This document shows, in pieces, positions 1-12,909 of a stretch of 64,000 nt of DNA. Where the stretch lies: NCBI GenBank assembly GCA_016748015.1, contig JAAOMT010000617.1, positions 876,635 to 940,634 of the forward strand. Direction: 5' to 3'. Positions within the stretch are counted from its first letter, which is position 1; each line of letters opens with the position of its first letter. The translations under genes were made by a program, and so were the position numbers. The stretch is from Geosiphon pyriformis uo1 (lineage: Eukaryota; Fungi; Glomeromycota). Below the pieces are notes generated by a model. It was not told the DNA's origin. It saw only the letters and a program-made list of their open reading frames with translations, and did no database searches.

Positions 1-2760
1 TTTTAATAAAAATTTACTTCAAAATATATAATTATATACAAAAAAAATTTTTATTTATTACAAAAAACAACAGATTTAATTTATTAATTCAAATATCTAT
101 AATATTTAAAAAAATAATTATATTTTTATAAAAAAAAATCAGAATTGTTTGCTTTTAAAATTATTATATTATTATATTTTCAAAAATACTATTCAAATTC
201 TATTAAAAACTGTATTAATATTTACACTCTAATTAAACTTATTTTTTAAAGTTGTCTTAAAAGTATTTATTTATTAAGTAAATTTAAAAAATATTTTAAA
301 AGATTTAGATTACAATTATCTATGTCTATATTATTTTAATTACTATTTTTTAAACTTAATTTTAGTTTTACCAATAATTAGAAAAATATCAAGTCAAAAA
401 AAATTAAAAAAATTAAAAAAAAACTGATTTTAAAATTTACTATATTTTAACTTTAATAATAATTTAAAATTCAATAGTTTTAAATCCAAGTGTATTAGTA
501 AATTTATTATTAATATTAATTATTAAAGCTCTATAATTATTATTAATATTAATATATGTACTTTTTTTATTACTAATATTAATAATATATATACTTATTA
601 TAAACTAAAAAAATCTATTAATACAAAAAATAATATTTAAGTCTAACTTAATAATATAAAAAACCATAATTACTAATAATTAAGATAATATTAAAGCTTT
701 ATAAACAATTTCATATTTTTTGTAAAACATAATAGACTTATGATATTAAAGTTTTATTATAAAACTTAACATATTTAATGTTTTTAAAATGGTATTTTTA
801 CAATATTCTAGCAATTATAATAGTATTATTTAGTTATAAAGTTATTTTAACATAATTAAATTAAGAAATAATAAAACAGTTACTTATTTAAGATGTTTTT
901 ATTATTATTTATATTAAATTTAAATAATTAATACCAATTATTATACTGTTTTTCAAATTCCAAATTAATTTATTAAAAAATTACACAGTAGTATTTTTTA
1001 AAAAGTCTGTTTATTATGTTTAAACAATTTTCAAACAGCTGTTAAATTTGTTAAAAATTTTAAATTAATTTAATTAAAAACCAATTATGTTTAAACCATT
1101 AACTTAATAATAAATAAATTATCTAAATTGAATATCAAATTAAAATAATTTAGTAATAATATTAACCAAAAATTAAAGAAATATTTAATTAATAATTAGA
1201 TAACTATTAACTTTTATAATATTATAAAAACAATTAAAACAACAATTATTTTTAAAATTAAACATAATTATTATTATCTATTTAAATATAATAATAAAAA
1301 ACCCAAATTTGTAATTATTATTAAACAAAATTATATTAAAATTAATTATTATTTATAACTAAGTAATCAATAATTAAAAAACCTATATTAAAACTTTAAT
1401 TACAAATTTTAAACTTTAAACTACAGATTTAAAGCTTTATAAAAACAATATTAGTCATTATAATATTATGTATTAGCTTTATAACTACTTTAATAACAAT
1501 TTATTTATGTGTTTTATTTTTAATTACAATTATAAATTACTAATCAATTATATTTATAATTTTTAATTTAAATACAAATTAAAAACCAAAACTTATTCAA
1601 CAAAATTAGTAATTAACAATAATTACTTATTAATTAATTTTTAATAACAATGGCCAATAACATAAAATATATAATTATTATTCTTAAATTTTCAAAACTA
1701 TTTAAATTTTTTTGCTATAACAGAAATTCAATAAAATAATATTAGTTTAGAATTTTATTATCTTAATAATAATAATATTATATTTGTAATTATTATCAAA
1801 AGTGATATTTTTATTATTATAATTCTTTAACTTAAAAACTAAAATTAAAAAAGCTTATCTTTAATAAAACTACTTTAAGTTTTAACAAATCTATTATTAT
1901 TATGTATATATATATTAAAATTAATAATTATTATATTAAACTTATTCTTAATAGTAGTTTAACAAATAGTATTATTATAAGACAACTTATAAATTAATTA
2001 AGTTATTAAATTAATCAAGTTGTTAATACATGTATTATTATTGTTAATAAAATTACAAAAACTCTAATTAATAGAATTAACAATTTTTTTTTTGAAGTTA
2101 ATAGATTATTATATTTATAAAAGTTTTAATTATAAAAACCATTTAATATTAAACATTAATTGATAATAATTAGCTGTTTAAGATTTATATTATGCTTAAT
2201 TAAAACACACAAAAACTTTAATTAAATTAAATTTGTTATTAACAAAATATTACTTATTAAATTAAAAAAAAGTAAAAAAATCTATAATTAAAACTTGCTA
2301 AATTTTGTAAACTAATAATATTAAAACTAATTTACTATTATTAATTAATTTTAAAGAGAAAAAAAAAGACCAAAAAAAAAATTACAAACAATACTTTTAT
2401 ATATATCTTTTTTTAATATTTATTAATACAATATTTTAAAAAAGTTACAATATTAATATTTAAAACTTGTTTGTATTAACTATAAAAAAACTTTGTCTAT
2501 AAAAACATATTATAATAATAATAAAAAATATTAAATTTTTATTAAATTTTATTGTTAATTATTTGTTTTAAAATAAATTGTCTGCCCAAAATAACAAAAA
2601 AATAAAACAATAAGTTTTATTTGACTTGTAAAAAAACACTATTAAATAAAAAAACATAAAACAATATTTTTGGTAGAAAAAAAATATGTAATAAATTATG
2701 CTAATACATAACTTTTTTATAAAAAAACATCAATTATTACTGTTTATAATCATATTTTTT
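1..2760 (+). mobile_element. Hypermutated Ty3/Gypsy gag-protease relic (related to element B), truncated by the window edge
   Basis: About 1930-2180 reads IKLILNSSLTNSIIIRQLIN*LSY*INQVVNTCIIIVNKITKTLINRINNFFFEVN, a G>A/C>T-eroded version of the protease at 23560-23870 and 16170-16480 (LILDSRSTGSIIT...KTPVGEIDNF). A Cys-rich remnant follows at about 2460-2700. Confidence 0.75.
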
Positions 2761-2914
2761 CTTATTTAAAAAACTATTTACATAACAAAAATAAAATTTG
2801 ACAAATAATTATTTTTAAATAAAATAATATTATTTTAAAACAAATTTATTTTTTATTTTATTAATAATTTGGTAAAATTTAACAAATATTATCAATATTA
2901 TTAATTATAACAAA

Positions 2915-4632
2915 AAAAAACTTTCTTTTTTATGTTTAAAATTCTCCAAAGAGCATATTTTAATAAAGAAGTTTTTTGTTTTTTCTGTTTATTACTCAAG
3001 AAATTAATCTCTTTGCTATTATATTGGCTGTCAATATAAGTAATTCTATAGTTAAAAAAAAGCCAGCAAGAATTTTGGCTTCAAATTCAGTTAGTAAGAG
3101 CTTGCCAAAAGCAAAAAGCTTCTTTTGGAAAAGTAAAACATTTGAGTGATAAAGCAGATTTAAGTTTTAATAGATTAAAGCATTTTATTAATCAGTTTAC
3201 TAAAATAAATATTAATAAAGATATTTCTAAAGTTGTTTTTCTAATTGTTAATAATAGTTATAAAGCAAATAGTAAAGATAAAAAGCAGTTTAATACTAAA
3301 ATAAATATTCTCAAGATTAAATAAGTTAATATTGATGCTGTTTTTGGTTTTCTAATTAGTTCTTTTAATTATAATATGAATAATAATAAGATTTTTTTTC
3401 TTTTTTGTCTTTTTATATTTCTGAACAAAAAATAAATTGATTTGAAGATTACTAAGACTTAAGTAGAGATATCTATTAAGAAATTTTTTGCTTTAAACAT
3501 TAATTTTTTGGCTGTAAATGGTAAATTAGCAATGGCAAAAACTCAGTTTATTAAACTTTTTTTTAATAATTAATGGTTTTAAAAAAGTCACTATTTTTTT
3601 AAAATTTGAAAAAATTATTAGATTAACATTTATATTTAAAGAAACATGAATAAAGCTGTAGTATTGGCTAAAAAAAAAGCATTAAAGTAAACAATAATCT
3701 TAAAAAACAAAAATTCCATTCAGATTGGGCTGCAATAATCAAAAAAATTTCTATAAATACACCAAAAAAAATAATTGTTGTAACTTTTTTCAATTTTGGT
3801 TAAATAGTATCAATCTAATTACAACCAATTAGACTATAACAGAAAGTTATAATAAAATTTGTCAAATTGGCTCAGACAGATTAATTAGTAGATAAATAAT
3901 CATTTTTTATTAAGAAAAATTTAGTACATATGGCAAAAACTATAAAAGATTATAATATTTAAATATTTAAAAATTATTTTAAGGCACTTTTATTTATCTT
4001 GTCTATAAAAACTGTTCATAATTTTGGTACTTTATTAAAAGAAGCTGGTAAAAAAACTTGTATAATCAATTGTTTATATGAGTTTAAAAACAGAATTTAC
4101 TGTATTGTAATTAATTTTGAATCTAAAAGTAAACTAAATTTAGTTTTTGAAGAAACAAAGTTTTTTTAAGCTAAATTAGATTTGGTTTATTGTGAAAATT
4201 ATGAGTGTTTTAGACATTTTATTCTTAAATGTAATACTGTTGAATTATCTATATTTCTATTGAGAAAAATTTATAAGAAATTTGGTTCTAATGAAAATTA
4301 TTTTTACTTAACCTGACTTTATTCAAAAAAATGTTTTTATTTTAAAATCTGCTGTTTTTAATAACAAATTTTGGGTTCAAATAATATTATTAGCTGCTGT
4401 TTTTGTTATTGGTCATAGTAGTTTTTATGCTAGATTTTTTATTTTTAAAGCTTCTCTTTTAAATAAAACTTTTTTTTGTTATAGCTTGTATTTTCTGTTG
4501 TTAATTATTTGGATATTTTTAAGCAATTTGTTGGCCTTTTGGCTAATCAAATTTTTGGTATTTTTTATAAATTAGAAAAATTAGTTCTGGTTTTTTAAGT
4601 GCTTATTGTGTTTTTATCTTTCTTAATAGTAT
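2915..4632 (+). mobile_element. Degenerate LINE 5' end and ORF1 relic, cut by LTR E
   Basis: 5' motif aaaaactttctttttt...aaattctccaaagag...aaagaagttttt matches the LINE starts near 37960 and 58500. Translation KKFFALNINFLAVNGKLAMAKTQ matches ORF1 KKSFALDINFSAVEEKSTTAKTQ (57762..58439). Confidence 0.75.
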
Positions 4633-5370
4633 TGTTACAAATTAAAATAACAAGTTAACAGATAGTAAAGAAGAACAGAATTGTAGGAAATAATCAAAAA
4701 AAATTACAATACGAGAGCAAATTAAATAAGTAAGGATTTAATGTACATAATCAGTTTCATAGAAATTACAGTTGCAAATTTTTTCTGAAAATTTGAAGGT
4801 AAAAAAATAGTCTATGATTATTAACAAAATAACATTATTGCTATTATTCTATGCTTTAACTCAGTAATTTTTAGAATCAATAACAGATATTATTGTGTTT
4901 TTTAATCATTTTTTTATTCAATAAATTATAAGAGCAAGCAATTACTTCTTAAACTAATTCTAACAATACAAATAAAAAATAAAATAAAATAAAATATGTA
5001 AATATTAACAAATAATCTTTTATTCCAAAATGTTCAGATACTTAAAAGTAGAAAAAAAAATAAGCAATATAAAAAAAAGTAATTAATAGTGAGTTTTATT
5101 TTATTACTTTGATCATATTATTCTACAACTAAAAAATTTATTACTTATATAGTTATTGAAAGTAGTCAACAACCTGGTTAATAACTAGATTAATGATCAG
5201 ATTATTAATTAGATCAATGATTAGGTCATTGATTAGGTCAATAATTAGATTAATAATTAAGTCATTAATTAAGTTAATAATTACTATCTAAAAATAGGAT
5301 GACTAATTATATAATATTAATGGCTAATACATGTAATAACTAATAAAAAGTATGAGTTTTAACTATAATA
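4633..5370 (-). repeat. 3' LTR of Gypsy family E
   Basis: Reverse-complement match to the solo LTR at 48649-49312 (tgttacaaattaaaataacaagttaacagatag vs tgttacaggttggagtaacaagctaacagatag). Purine tract on the minus strand at 5371-5385. 12-bp tandem array (ttgattaggtca-like) at about 5170-5285. Confidence 0.85.
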
Positions 5371-5374
5371 TCAT

Positions 5375-5995
5375 TCTTTCTAAAGAGATTAAGCTTTAGC
5401 AAAATCAGACTATTCATAAAATAATCTAATTAAAGGGTTTTGTTTAACTTAAAGCTAATTTGTTTGTTAAAGTTTTTTGTGAATAAAGTATATAATACTT
5501 AAGGTAAAATAAGTTTTGTATTCAAGAAACCAAATTTTTGTATAAAAGTTTTGGCTTTTCTTACAATAATCAAAACTTTTAGAACATTTAATTATATAAT
5601 GTCCAAAATTTTTATTTGTATTTCTCAAGTTGTTTTCTTTATAAACTTCATATTTTCTATGATTTTACTAAGATGACCATAGAGTTTTAGTTGTTTTTTA
5701 TATAACAAGTTTTTGTCTATGGACAAAATTTCCTTAATTGTTTTTCAATTGTGATAGAAAATGCAAGTATTACTATTGTTATACTTTTTAGCAAATATTT
5801 ATTTATTTTGCTACCAATTTTTTTTCTTTTGGTAGTGGTTTTTTTTGGTCTAATAACAGTATGTGTTTTATTGTTATCAGTTATAATAGTCTGTTTTCTA
5901 ATAGTTAGAATAATATTTAAATAGTTTTTGATCTAATATTCATAGAGAGTATAAAAAGCATTTTGAATGTTTTGATTCAAGAAATAATTGTTTAT
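5375..5995 (-). pseudogene. Extra ORF (ORF3) of Gypsy family E, degenerate
   Basis: Hand translation NQNIQNAFYTLYEY*IKNYLNIILTIRKQTI...LYGHLSKIIE aligns with ORF3 of elements A and B, in the same position between INT and the PPT. Confidence 0.55.
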
Positions 5996-6099
5996 GTTAA
6001 TTGAAAATACTTTTGTTTTGGAAATAGTGTATTTATTTATACCTGATTTTTGCTGATTATTTGGGTTGATATTATCATAACAGGCAACCAATAAGATTG

Positions 6100-6857
6100 T
6101 TTGTAATATTTTTTGAATTGTATATTATAAACAGAACAATTATTAAAGATTGTTTTATATTAATTTTATAAAATATAAAAACCATTGTTCAAAACTTTGT
6201 TGACTAAAAAAAAATTTTCCACCAGCTAAAAAATTTATTACTATAAGTATTATTTCTGTTTAAGCAATATTCCAAAACTAAATCACTAATACTTAAAAAA
6301 AGTGTTTTATAAGTCTTCTTCTTTTTAAGTTTTTCTTGAAACTGTTTTATCTTTTTAAAGACAATTATTTGTGCTTTTACTAAAAAGTCAAAAATAGTAC
6401 CAAGTTTTCTTTGTAAAATGTTTTTGTAATTTTTTATTGTAATTTTTTCAAAGAATATTGTCTTAATATCAATTTTTATTAATAGAGTTGTTATTTATCT
6501 ATAGAACAGATAAAAAAGTTCATAACTTATTATGTCATAATTTACAGTTCTATAAGTAAACAAAATTAAAGATAATACTTTGTCTTATAAGTTTGTTTTT
6601 TTACTGGTTTTGGTTAATGTTTTACATAAAGTTTGTTGAAATATTCCATTAAGCCATTTGTTTGAAAGTGATAAAAAAAAAATTTATAATGTATTTCTAT
6701 TTTTCTACAAAGTTTTTCAATCAATGTATTGAAAAAAGCTCTTCTTTTATTAGATAAAAGTTTTTTGAGACAGTTATGATAACAAATGATATTTTCATAA
6801 ATAAAATTGGCTATTGAGACTGCTGTTTAATCTAGAATGGCTCTTGTTTCTACTTAT
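6100..6857 (-). pseudogene. Integrase 3' portion of Gypsy family E, degenerate
   Basis: Eroded ETRAIL...SIANFIYENIICYHNC...NGLMEY..QTLCK motifs, collinear with INT at 11905..12843. Confidence 0.7.
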
Positions 6858-7429
6858 TATTACTTATAGAATATAGGAATTATATATTAGTACATAAATT
6901 AGCCAATTAGAATAAACATAATAAAAGTAGAATTCCAAGATTCCTCTTAGAAAAATTGCAGGATTCCAGAATTACAGAATTCCTGTATAAGAAATTGCAA
7001 AATTCCAGAATTCCAGAATTTCTCTCAAAGAATTACAGAATTTTTGGCTAAAAAATTAAGGAATTTAAGGAATCTTGTACAATAAAATTTATGTATATAT
7101 AATAATAATATTAGAAACAGAAAAGACAGAATTATTAGTTTAAAATCTCCAGTTTCCATTTTAAATTCATCCTTTTATATGATAGTATTCTATAATTTAA
7201 AGTAAAAACATTATATATCAATAAAATACTTATCAAATATTGCAATCTATCTTTTTACTATTAACAATTTATATTAATAATTGTCAATACTTAATTATAC
7301 TGAACCAATAGCTTTTGATTATAACTATTAATAAGATATTAACTTTTTTTGCCTTAACTTATTTCTTTATTTCTTTTCTTTTCTTTTTTGTGTGTTTTAC
7401 ATTTTATTAAATTAATTCAAGGTTAATGT
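6858..7429 (+). repeat. LTR C, first half (B-related LTR in opposite orientation, split by element B)
   Basis: tattacttatagaatatagg...gaattcc arrays are the reverse complement of B LTR 7700-8251. The remainder resumes at 27068. Confidence 0.8.
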
Positions 7430-8251
7430 CATTACAGATGATTATTTGGGGTCTTAAATTAAATAACAAATCTGTAACTTGGTACTAATAACTGATACAA
7501 TTGGTATTATCTGAAGGTTTTAAGTTGGAGTTTTTTGTATAATAGACAGAGATTCAAAGATGTACAAGTCTTTTGTGATGAGTTTCCCAATTTTTTTCTT
7601 CAGCTTGGTGGCCAGTTTATTCTGACAGTTGTGTCCTTCTGGTAAACTATCCAATTTTTATTTTGTACCTTTCTATTCGAGTCTTTTACCAGGTTATTTA
7701 TAACATTAATAATTTAGTGCTTAATTTTTAATCAATTAGTCAACAACAATAAAAAAAAAATAAAAAAATAAAATAAAGAGAAATAAGCCAAGGCAATTCA
7801 AGTTAGTATTCCATCAATAGTCATAATTAAAAGCTATTGTTTCAGTGTGGTTAAGTATTAGCAGCTATCAACATGAAGTGTTAATAGTAGAGAATGAATT
7901 GAGATAACAAATAATTATTTATTGATATTTGTGAATTAAAAGGTTTGCTTAAATAAATTCTAAACTAAAAGGTCTGTCTTTTCTGCTTCTAATGCTACTG
8001 TTATATATACATATTTAAGATTTCTCAATTCTTCCATTTTTCTTACCAAGAATTCTGGAATTCCTAAAATTCTGCAATTCTTCAAGAGAAATCCTGAAAT
8101 TCTGGAATCTTGCAATTCCTCATATAAAAATCTTGTAATTTCTGGAATCCTGTAATTTTTCAGAAAAAAATCCTGGAATTCCATATTTTACTATGTCTAC
8201 TTCTGATTGACTAATATATACTATTATGATTCTTATCTTCTATAAGTAACA
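7430..8251 (-). repeat. 3' LTR of element B
   Basis: Collinear with 26202-27067 (attacagatgattatttgg...taaca). GAATTC-rich tandem array at about 8040-8185. Confidence 0.9.
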
Positions 8252-8254
8252 TTA

Positions 8255-8962
8255 TTTTCTCTTTTTAATATTGAGCTTTGTCAAGATTCCTAAACTTTTT
8301 TAATCTCTTTTTTTGATTATTTCTTGGACTTTTTTTTCAAGAATCATTTGTGTTATTTTGGTCTGTAATTTTTCAAATTAGGCATTGGTTATTTTACTCA
8401 TTTGATTAATAGTAACTGTATTTATTACTGTGTTAAGTAGTGTTTCTGGTCAGTCTTGAAATCCAGCATGTAATTAATAGATGGCTTTTGTTTGTGTTGT
8501 TAGATTGTTTTTTCTCACAAATTGCTCAAGTTGTTGTAGTATTATTGTATTGAATAATTATTTTGTTTTATTCATATATAAGTTCTGAATATTCAGATGT
8601 TGTCCCAAGTAGAAATAACAAAAGTTTCTTGAAAATTGTTGTATTCACCAGTTCCATGTTTTTATCATCAATTTTTGATATAGTACACTTTTTGTTTGCA
8701 TTTCTATTACCACTTTTATTTTTGTTATTATCTTATCAATAGTGTTTTCTGGTTTTCTCTGTTCTTTATGTTAAGGTTTTTTCTTTGTATTTTTATATCA
8801 AATGGTTTATTGGTTAATAGTAATTTCTATATTTTGTTGTTGAATCAGTTAGAAAAGTTGTTGTGTCAGTGTGTGTATATTGTTGGTAATTTCTATTTTT
8901 TTGGTATTTTTTGTTGTGTATACTGTGTCTTTATATACTTCTTTGATTGTTCAATTTAACAT
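8255..8962 (-). pseudogene. Extra ORF (ORF3) of element B, degenerate
   Basis: Hand translation EITNNIHTLTQQLF*LIQQQNIEITINQ*TI*Y...FCYFYLGQHL...TKAIY*LHAGF...VTINQMSKITNA*FEKL is homologous to A ORF3. Confidence 0.65.
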
Positions 8963-9079
8963 GTTTGGTTCAATAATTATGATTGGTTTTAAATTTTGTG
9001 AAATTTTATCTGGTTGGACTAGTATTTGTTGTACTCCCAGTTGTAGAATATTATTGGTAGATGATAATACTATATAGTA

Positions 9080-9796
9080 ATATGGTTTTAGTCAATTACC
9101 ATATGCTGCTTTGGCTAAGATTTTATTGTTTTATTATAATTTATAAGCTCTATTTTCAAGAATTTCTTTTATGTGAAATGGTCTATCTTATTGGAGTCAA
9201 ATTTTCTACTCCATTGTTTTTCCACTTTGGTACAATATAAAAGTACTTTGTCTCTAATCTTGAATTCAACTGGTTTATCTGGTAGTTGGTTATTGTGTCT
9301 TTTTTTTTGTTTTCTTGTGACATTTGAATATTATCAGCTGCTCTTTGCCATTTGTTTTCTAGTGTTTCCATTAAGTCATATGTTTTTCTTAACAATGTTT
9401 CTTGAAAATTGTCTTCTGTTATTGGTTTAGTTAGATATGTGTTGACTTCTATTTCAACTGATAGTGTTGCTGTTCTACCATATACTAATTCAAATAGTGT
9501 TGCTTGTGTAATGTTTTGCTTTATTGTCCGATAAGCAAATAATATTAATAGTATAAACAAATCCCATTTGTCTTGATTTTCTTGACTAATTTTGGCAATT
9601 GCTTCACACAATGTTTTATTGAATTTTTTGACTAAGCTATTGGTTTGTGGATGATATAATGATAATAATGGTTTTTTTATTCCAAATTTTTGACTTAATT
9701 CTGCCAATGTTCTATTTACAAAGTGAGTTTCTTGGTCAGATAGTAATTTTTTTGGGCATTCATGTTGACAAATCAAATCTTAATGAACAAATTCAG
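9080..9796 (-). pseudogene. Integrase of element B, C-terminal part
   Basis: ORF 9183..9776: LLSDQETHF...YHPQTNSLVKKFNKTL...FAYRT...FELVYGR (rve core). Joins 19539 in frame once A and one TSD are removed (AKFVAEFVH). Confidence 0.9.
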
Positions 9797-10657
9797 TGTT
9801 ACTGGAGGTTTTTGGTCTCCTTTCTTGAATGTTGTTAATGTCTGTTTGCTGTGAATTTACGTTTCCAGAAAGTAGTTGGACCTCCAGTAACTGAATTTAT
9901 CTTCAAATTATAGGAGATAATTTGAACTTGCTGGGCTTATAAGTGGAATGGCCAATTCCATGCCAGTTGCTTTATGTAGTTACATTGTAGTAAACATCAA
10001 CTCTTTCCCAGGAATTGCTCGTCTGGAAGCTCACTAAAAATGTGTAGTTACTTTGCTGTGAAAGTCAACTCTTCTACAGGAATCTTGTCTGTAGGCTACC
10101 CTAATGATTGTAATAAGAAAAGAAAAGAAAAATAAAAAAATTTGGTTTTTTGAATTATTTGATATTTATTTCTTTTTGTGTATGTGTAGGAATGGTTCTA
10201 AGTGATACATCTAAAGTAAGATACATTTTCTTGAAGAAAGAAGCTTTTTTTTTATACAACTTGTTGTAACACTATTCTATGAACTTGAACTTTGCTCTTT
10301 TCTACAATTTTGCTAAACTAAAGATATATTTCAGTGAACTACAAGTTATTTCTGTGAACTATTAAATATTTTGGTGAACTATTAGATATTTCGGTGAACT
10401 ATCAATTATTTTTACAAATTTTTACAAATTTTGGTAAACTTTTTGAATGTTATATAGTTTGGGGTATTGCATAATTGATCATTGCAATTAGGTTACATTT
10501 GTGTTATGTACAAATTGGGTTATTAATTAAATGATAATTTCAGACATTTTGCTAATATACTAAGTAATAATTTGAAATGATAATATATGTTAATTAATGA
10601 TAGGAATTATAAAGATAATTTCATGCTAAATAATATCTCTAATTTCATCTGATAACA
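9797..10657 (-). repeat. 3' LTR of element A (861 bp)
   Basis: Matches 18555-19534 except for transitions, a deletion of about 140 bp near 10130, and one extra 19-bp tandem unit. Confidence 0.95.
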
Positions 10658-11345
10658 TAATCTCCTTCTCAAGACTAAGCTCCATCGAAGTCCAAGTACT
10701 GTCTGTCATTTCCAGATAATAATCCAAAATTATTGAAGAAATTTGGTCTGAAAATTGTTGAAATTTCAGTTCTGTGAGCTTTCCAATGTATTGAATCTTT
10801 AAAGATTGAAAAATTGGGTTTTGTAGGACATTTTTACAGGTGTGGAATAGGTCATAAAGTCTAAGAGCAGCTCTGAACCTGTAGTAATTGTTTGTTGATC
10901 TAGCTGTTGTCTTGAATTTATTGTGGAGTTGTTTCTGAATAGCTTCTTTTGTGAGGTTTGCTGTTGTAAGTTCCAGTTTTTATTCATAGAGTGTTTTTCC
11001 AATGTAAAAATATCTATAGATTGGAGGATATTCAGTGTTTTCCTCATTGAGACACAGTTGAAATCTTTGTTGAATTGTAGCATTTGATGGAATACTAATC
11101 GGAGTGAGCATTAAGTTTTCTCTTAAAGCAAGCTTTAAAAGTTCTGGCAGGTGAATTCCAAAATAACTTCTTGTGTTCTTCTTATATGGGTGATATTTTC
11201 GTGAATTTGGGGCTAAATTTGTGACTACTTCTGTTTGGGTATAATTAATGTGGTTTTCAGTAACAGTAATAGATAATTTGGGTATTGTTTTTAAAGCTAA
11301 CATTAGTTTTTGGGATAATTGTTGAATGTTTTGAGGAATAGTCAT
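10626..11345 (-). pseudogene. Extra ORF (ORF3) of element A, about 240 codons, one internal stop, unknown function
   Basis: ORF 10980..11345 continues past TAA in frame: KLELTTANLTKEAIQKQLHNKFKTTARSTNNYYRFRAALRLYDLFHTCKNVLQNPIFQSLKIQYIGKLTELKFQQFSDQI..., ending at TAG 10628-10626 inside the LTR. Confidence 0.7.
10660..10672 (-). promoter_or_regulatory. Polypurine tract of element A
   Basis: Minus strand GAGAAGGAGA three nucleotides before the 3' LTR start TGTTATCAG. Confidence 0.85.
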
Positions 11346-11519
11346 TATAAGAGATTTGAAATAAAAAAAAAATTATTTTTGGTGTATGGGTTTTTATGTT
11401 ATTTTTTGTTTTGTTTTTGGTGAGATTGTTTCTAAATTATAAGGGAATAACTAGTAAAATTAAATTAAGTGTTCAGATTGGAAGGTTGTTCAATGACAAC
11501 TATTGGTTCTAAGTTTCAG

Positions 11520-12843
11520 AGAATATCTTCGGAATTGACTAAAGAGGAATGTATACCAATTTGTGGAATTAATGGTTCAGGATTGTTTCTGGAATAATAG
11601 TGTTTCAAATGATTTTCATGTACAACTTTTGCTAGAATTTTGTCATCAAGTCTTAGCTTGTATGATCTATTGCCTAGGACTTTATGGATAAAGAATGGTC
11701 CATCCCATTTATTTTAAATTTTCTACTCCATTGTTTTTTAGCTTTAGTTCTGTGTAAGAGAACTTTGTTTCCGATTTTAAATTTATTAGTAACTGGAGGC
11801 AATTTGTCATTATGCCGTTTTTTTTGTCGAGCTTGGGAGTGTTCAATATGGGTGGCTGCTATTTATCATTTTCCTTCCAATGTGCTAAGCAGAGTGTAGG
11901 TTTTTCACTGAAGCATTTCTTGGAAATTGTTTTCATCAATTGGTTGTGCTGGGTATGTTTCCACTGTGAAACTAATTGGTAATGTTGCTGTCCTTCTGTA
12001 AGTTAAATCAAATAGTGTGTGTTTTGTGGTATCTTGTTTTAGTGTTTTGTATGCTAGCAACACTGATGAAATAAAGATATCCCACTCTTGCTCGAAATTG
12101 GTTGAGACTTTGGCTAATGACTCACACAATGTTCTGTTAAAACGTTCCACAAGTCTATTTGTTTGTGGATGGTAGGGCAAAGACAGAGATCTTTTGATAT
12201 TGAATTGTTCGCAAATTTCTTGTATCAAGTTGTTCACAAAGTGTGTCCCCTGATTAGATAAAAGTTCAATTGGATATTCGTGTCTACAAATGATGTCTTC
12301 GTAGATAAAATTTGCTACTGATTTTGCATCTGCTCGTTGAATGGCTCTGGCTTTGGGCCATTTAGTAAGATAGTCTACAGCTACTGCAATATAATGGTTT
12401 CCTTGAGTGGTGATAGATAGTGGTCCAACTAAATCGATACCAACTCGGTCAAAGAGTTGTCCAACTTTGATTGGATTTAATGGTCCAGTAGGGCGTGTTC
12501 CTTCTCTTCTTTGACAACTATTACAAGATTTGACATATTCGTGAATGTCTTTTCTCATTCGAGGCCAAAAGTAGTATTCTAGTGTTTTTTGGGTGGTGCT
12601 ATCTTTTTTGAAGTGTGCTGATAAAGGATCTGAGTGCATGTTGTATAATATGATCTTTTTTTCTTGTTTTTGTATTAATCTGAATGGTTTGTTTGGGTTT
12701 TTGAAATTTTGATGATAAATAATGTTGTTGTGTAGAAAATATTGTTTGGCTTGTTGTTGTAGTTGATGTTTTTCATCTGAAGACCAATCTGTTGGGATTG
12801 TTAATGTTTCCAAATATTGTTTGAGATTGTTGTAGTTTTCCAA
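11520..12843 (-). pseudogene. Integrase of element A (HHCC, DDE core, GPF module, no chromodomain)
   Basis: H-SDPLSAH...CNSCQ; GIDLVGPL; DYLTKWP; YHPQTNRLVERFNRTL; downstream KWDGPFFIHKVLGNRSYKL. Confidence 0.95.
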
Positions 12844-12909
12844 ATTCGTTGTTTGTTGGCTCTTTTGGTTGGTTAAGTTGAGTGTTGGTTTTTGTGTTTT
12901 CTAATCTTG

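Noticed and set aside
10626-11345. ORF3 as a retroviral-type envelope
   Set aside because: No signal peptide, transmembrane helix or furin site, and too short.
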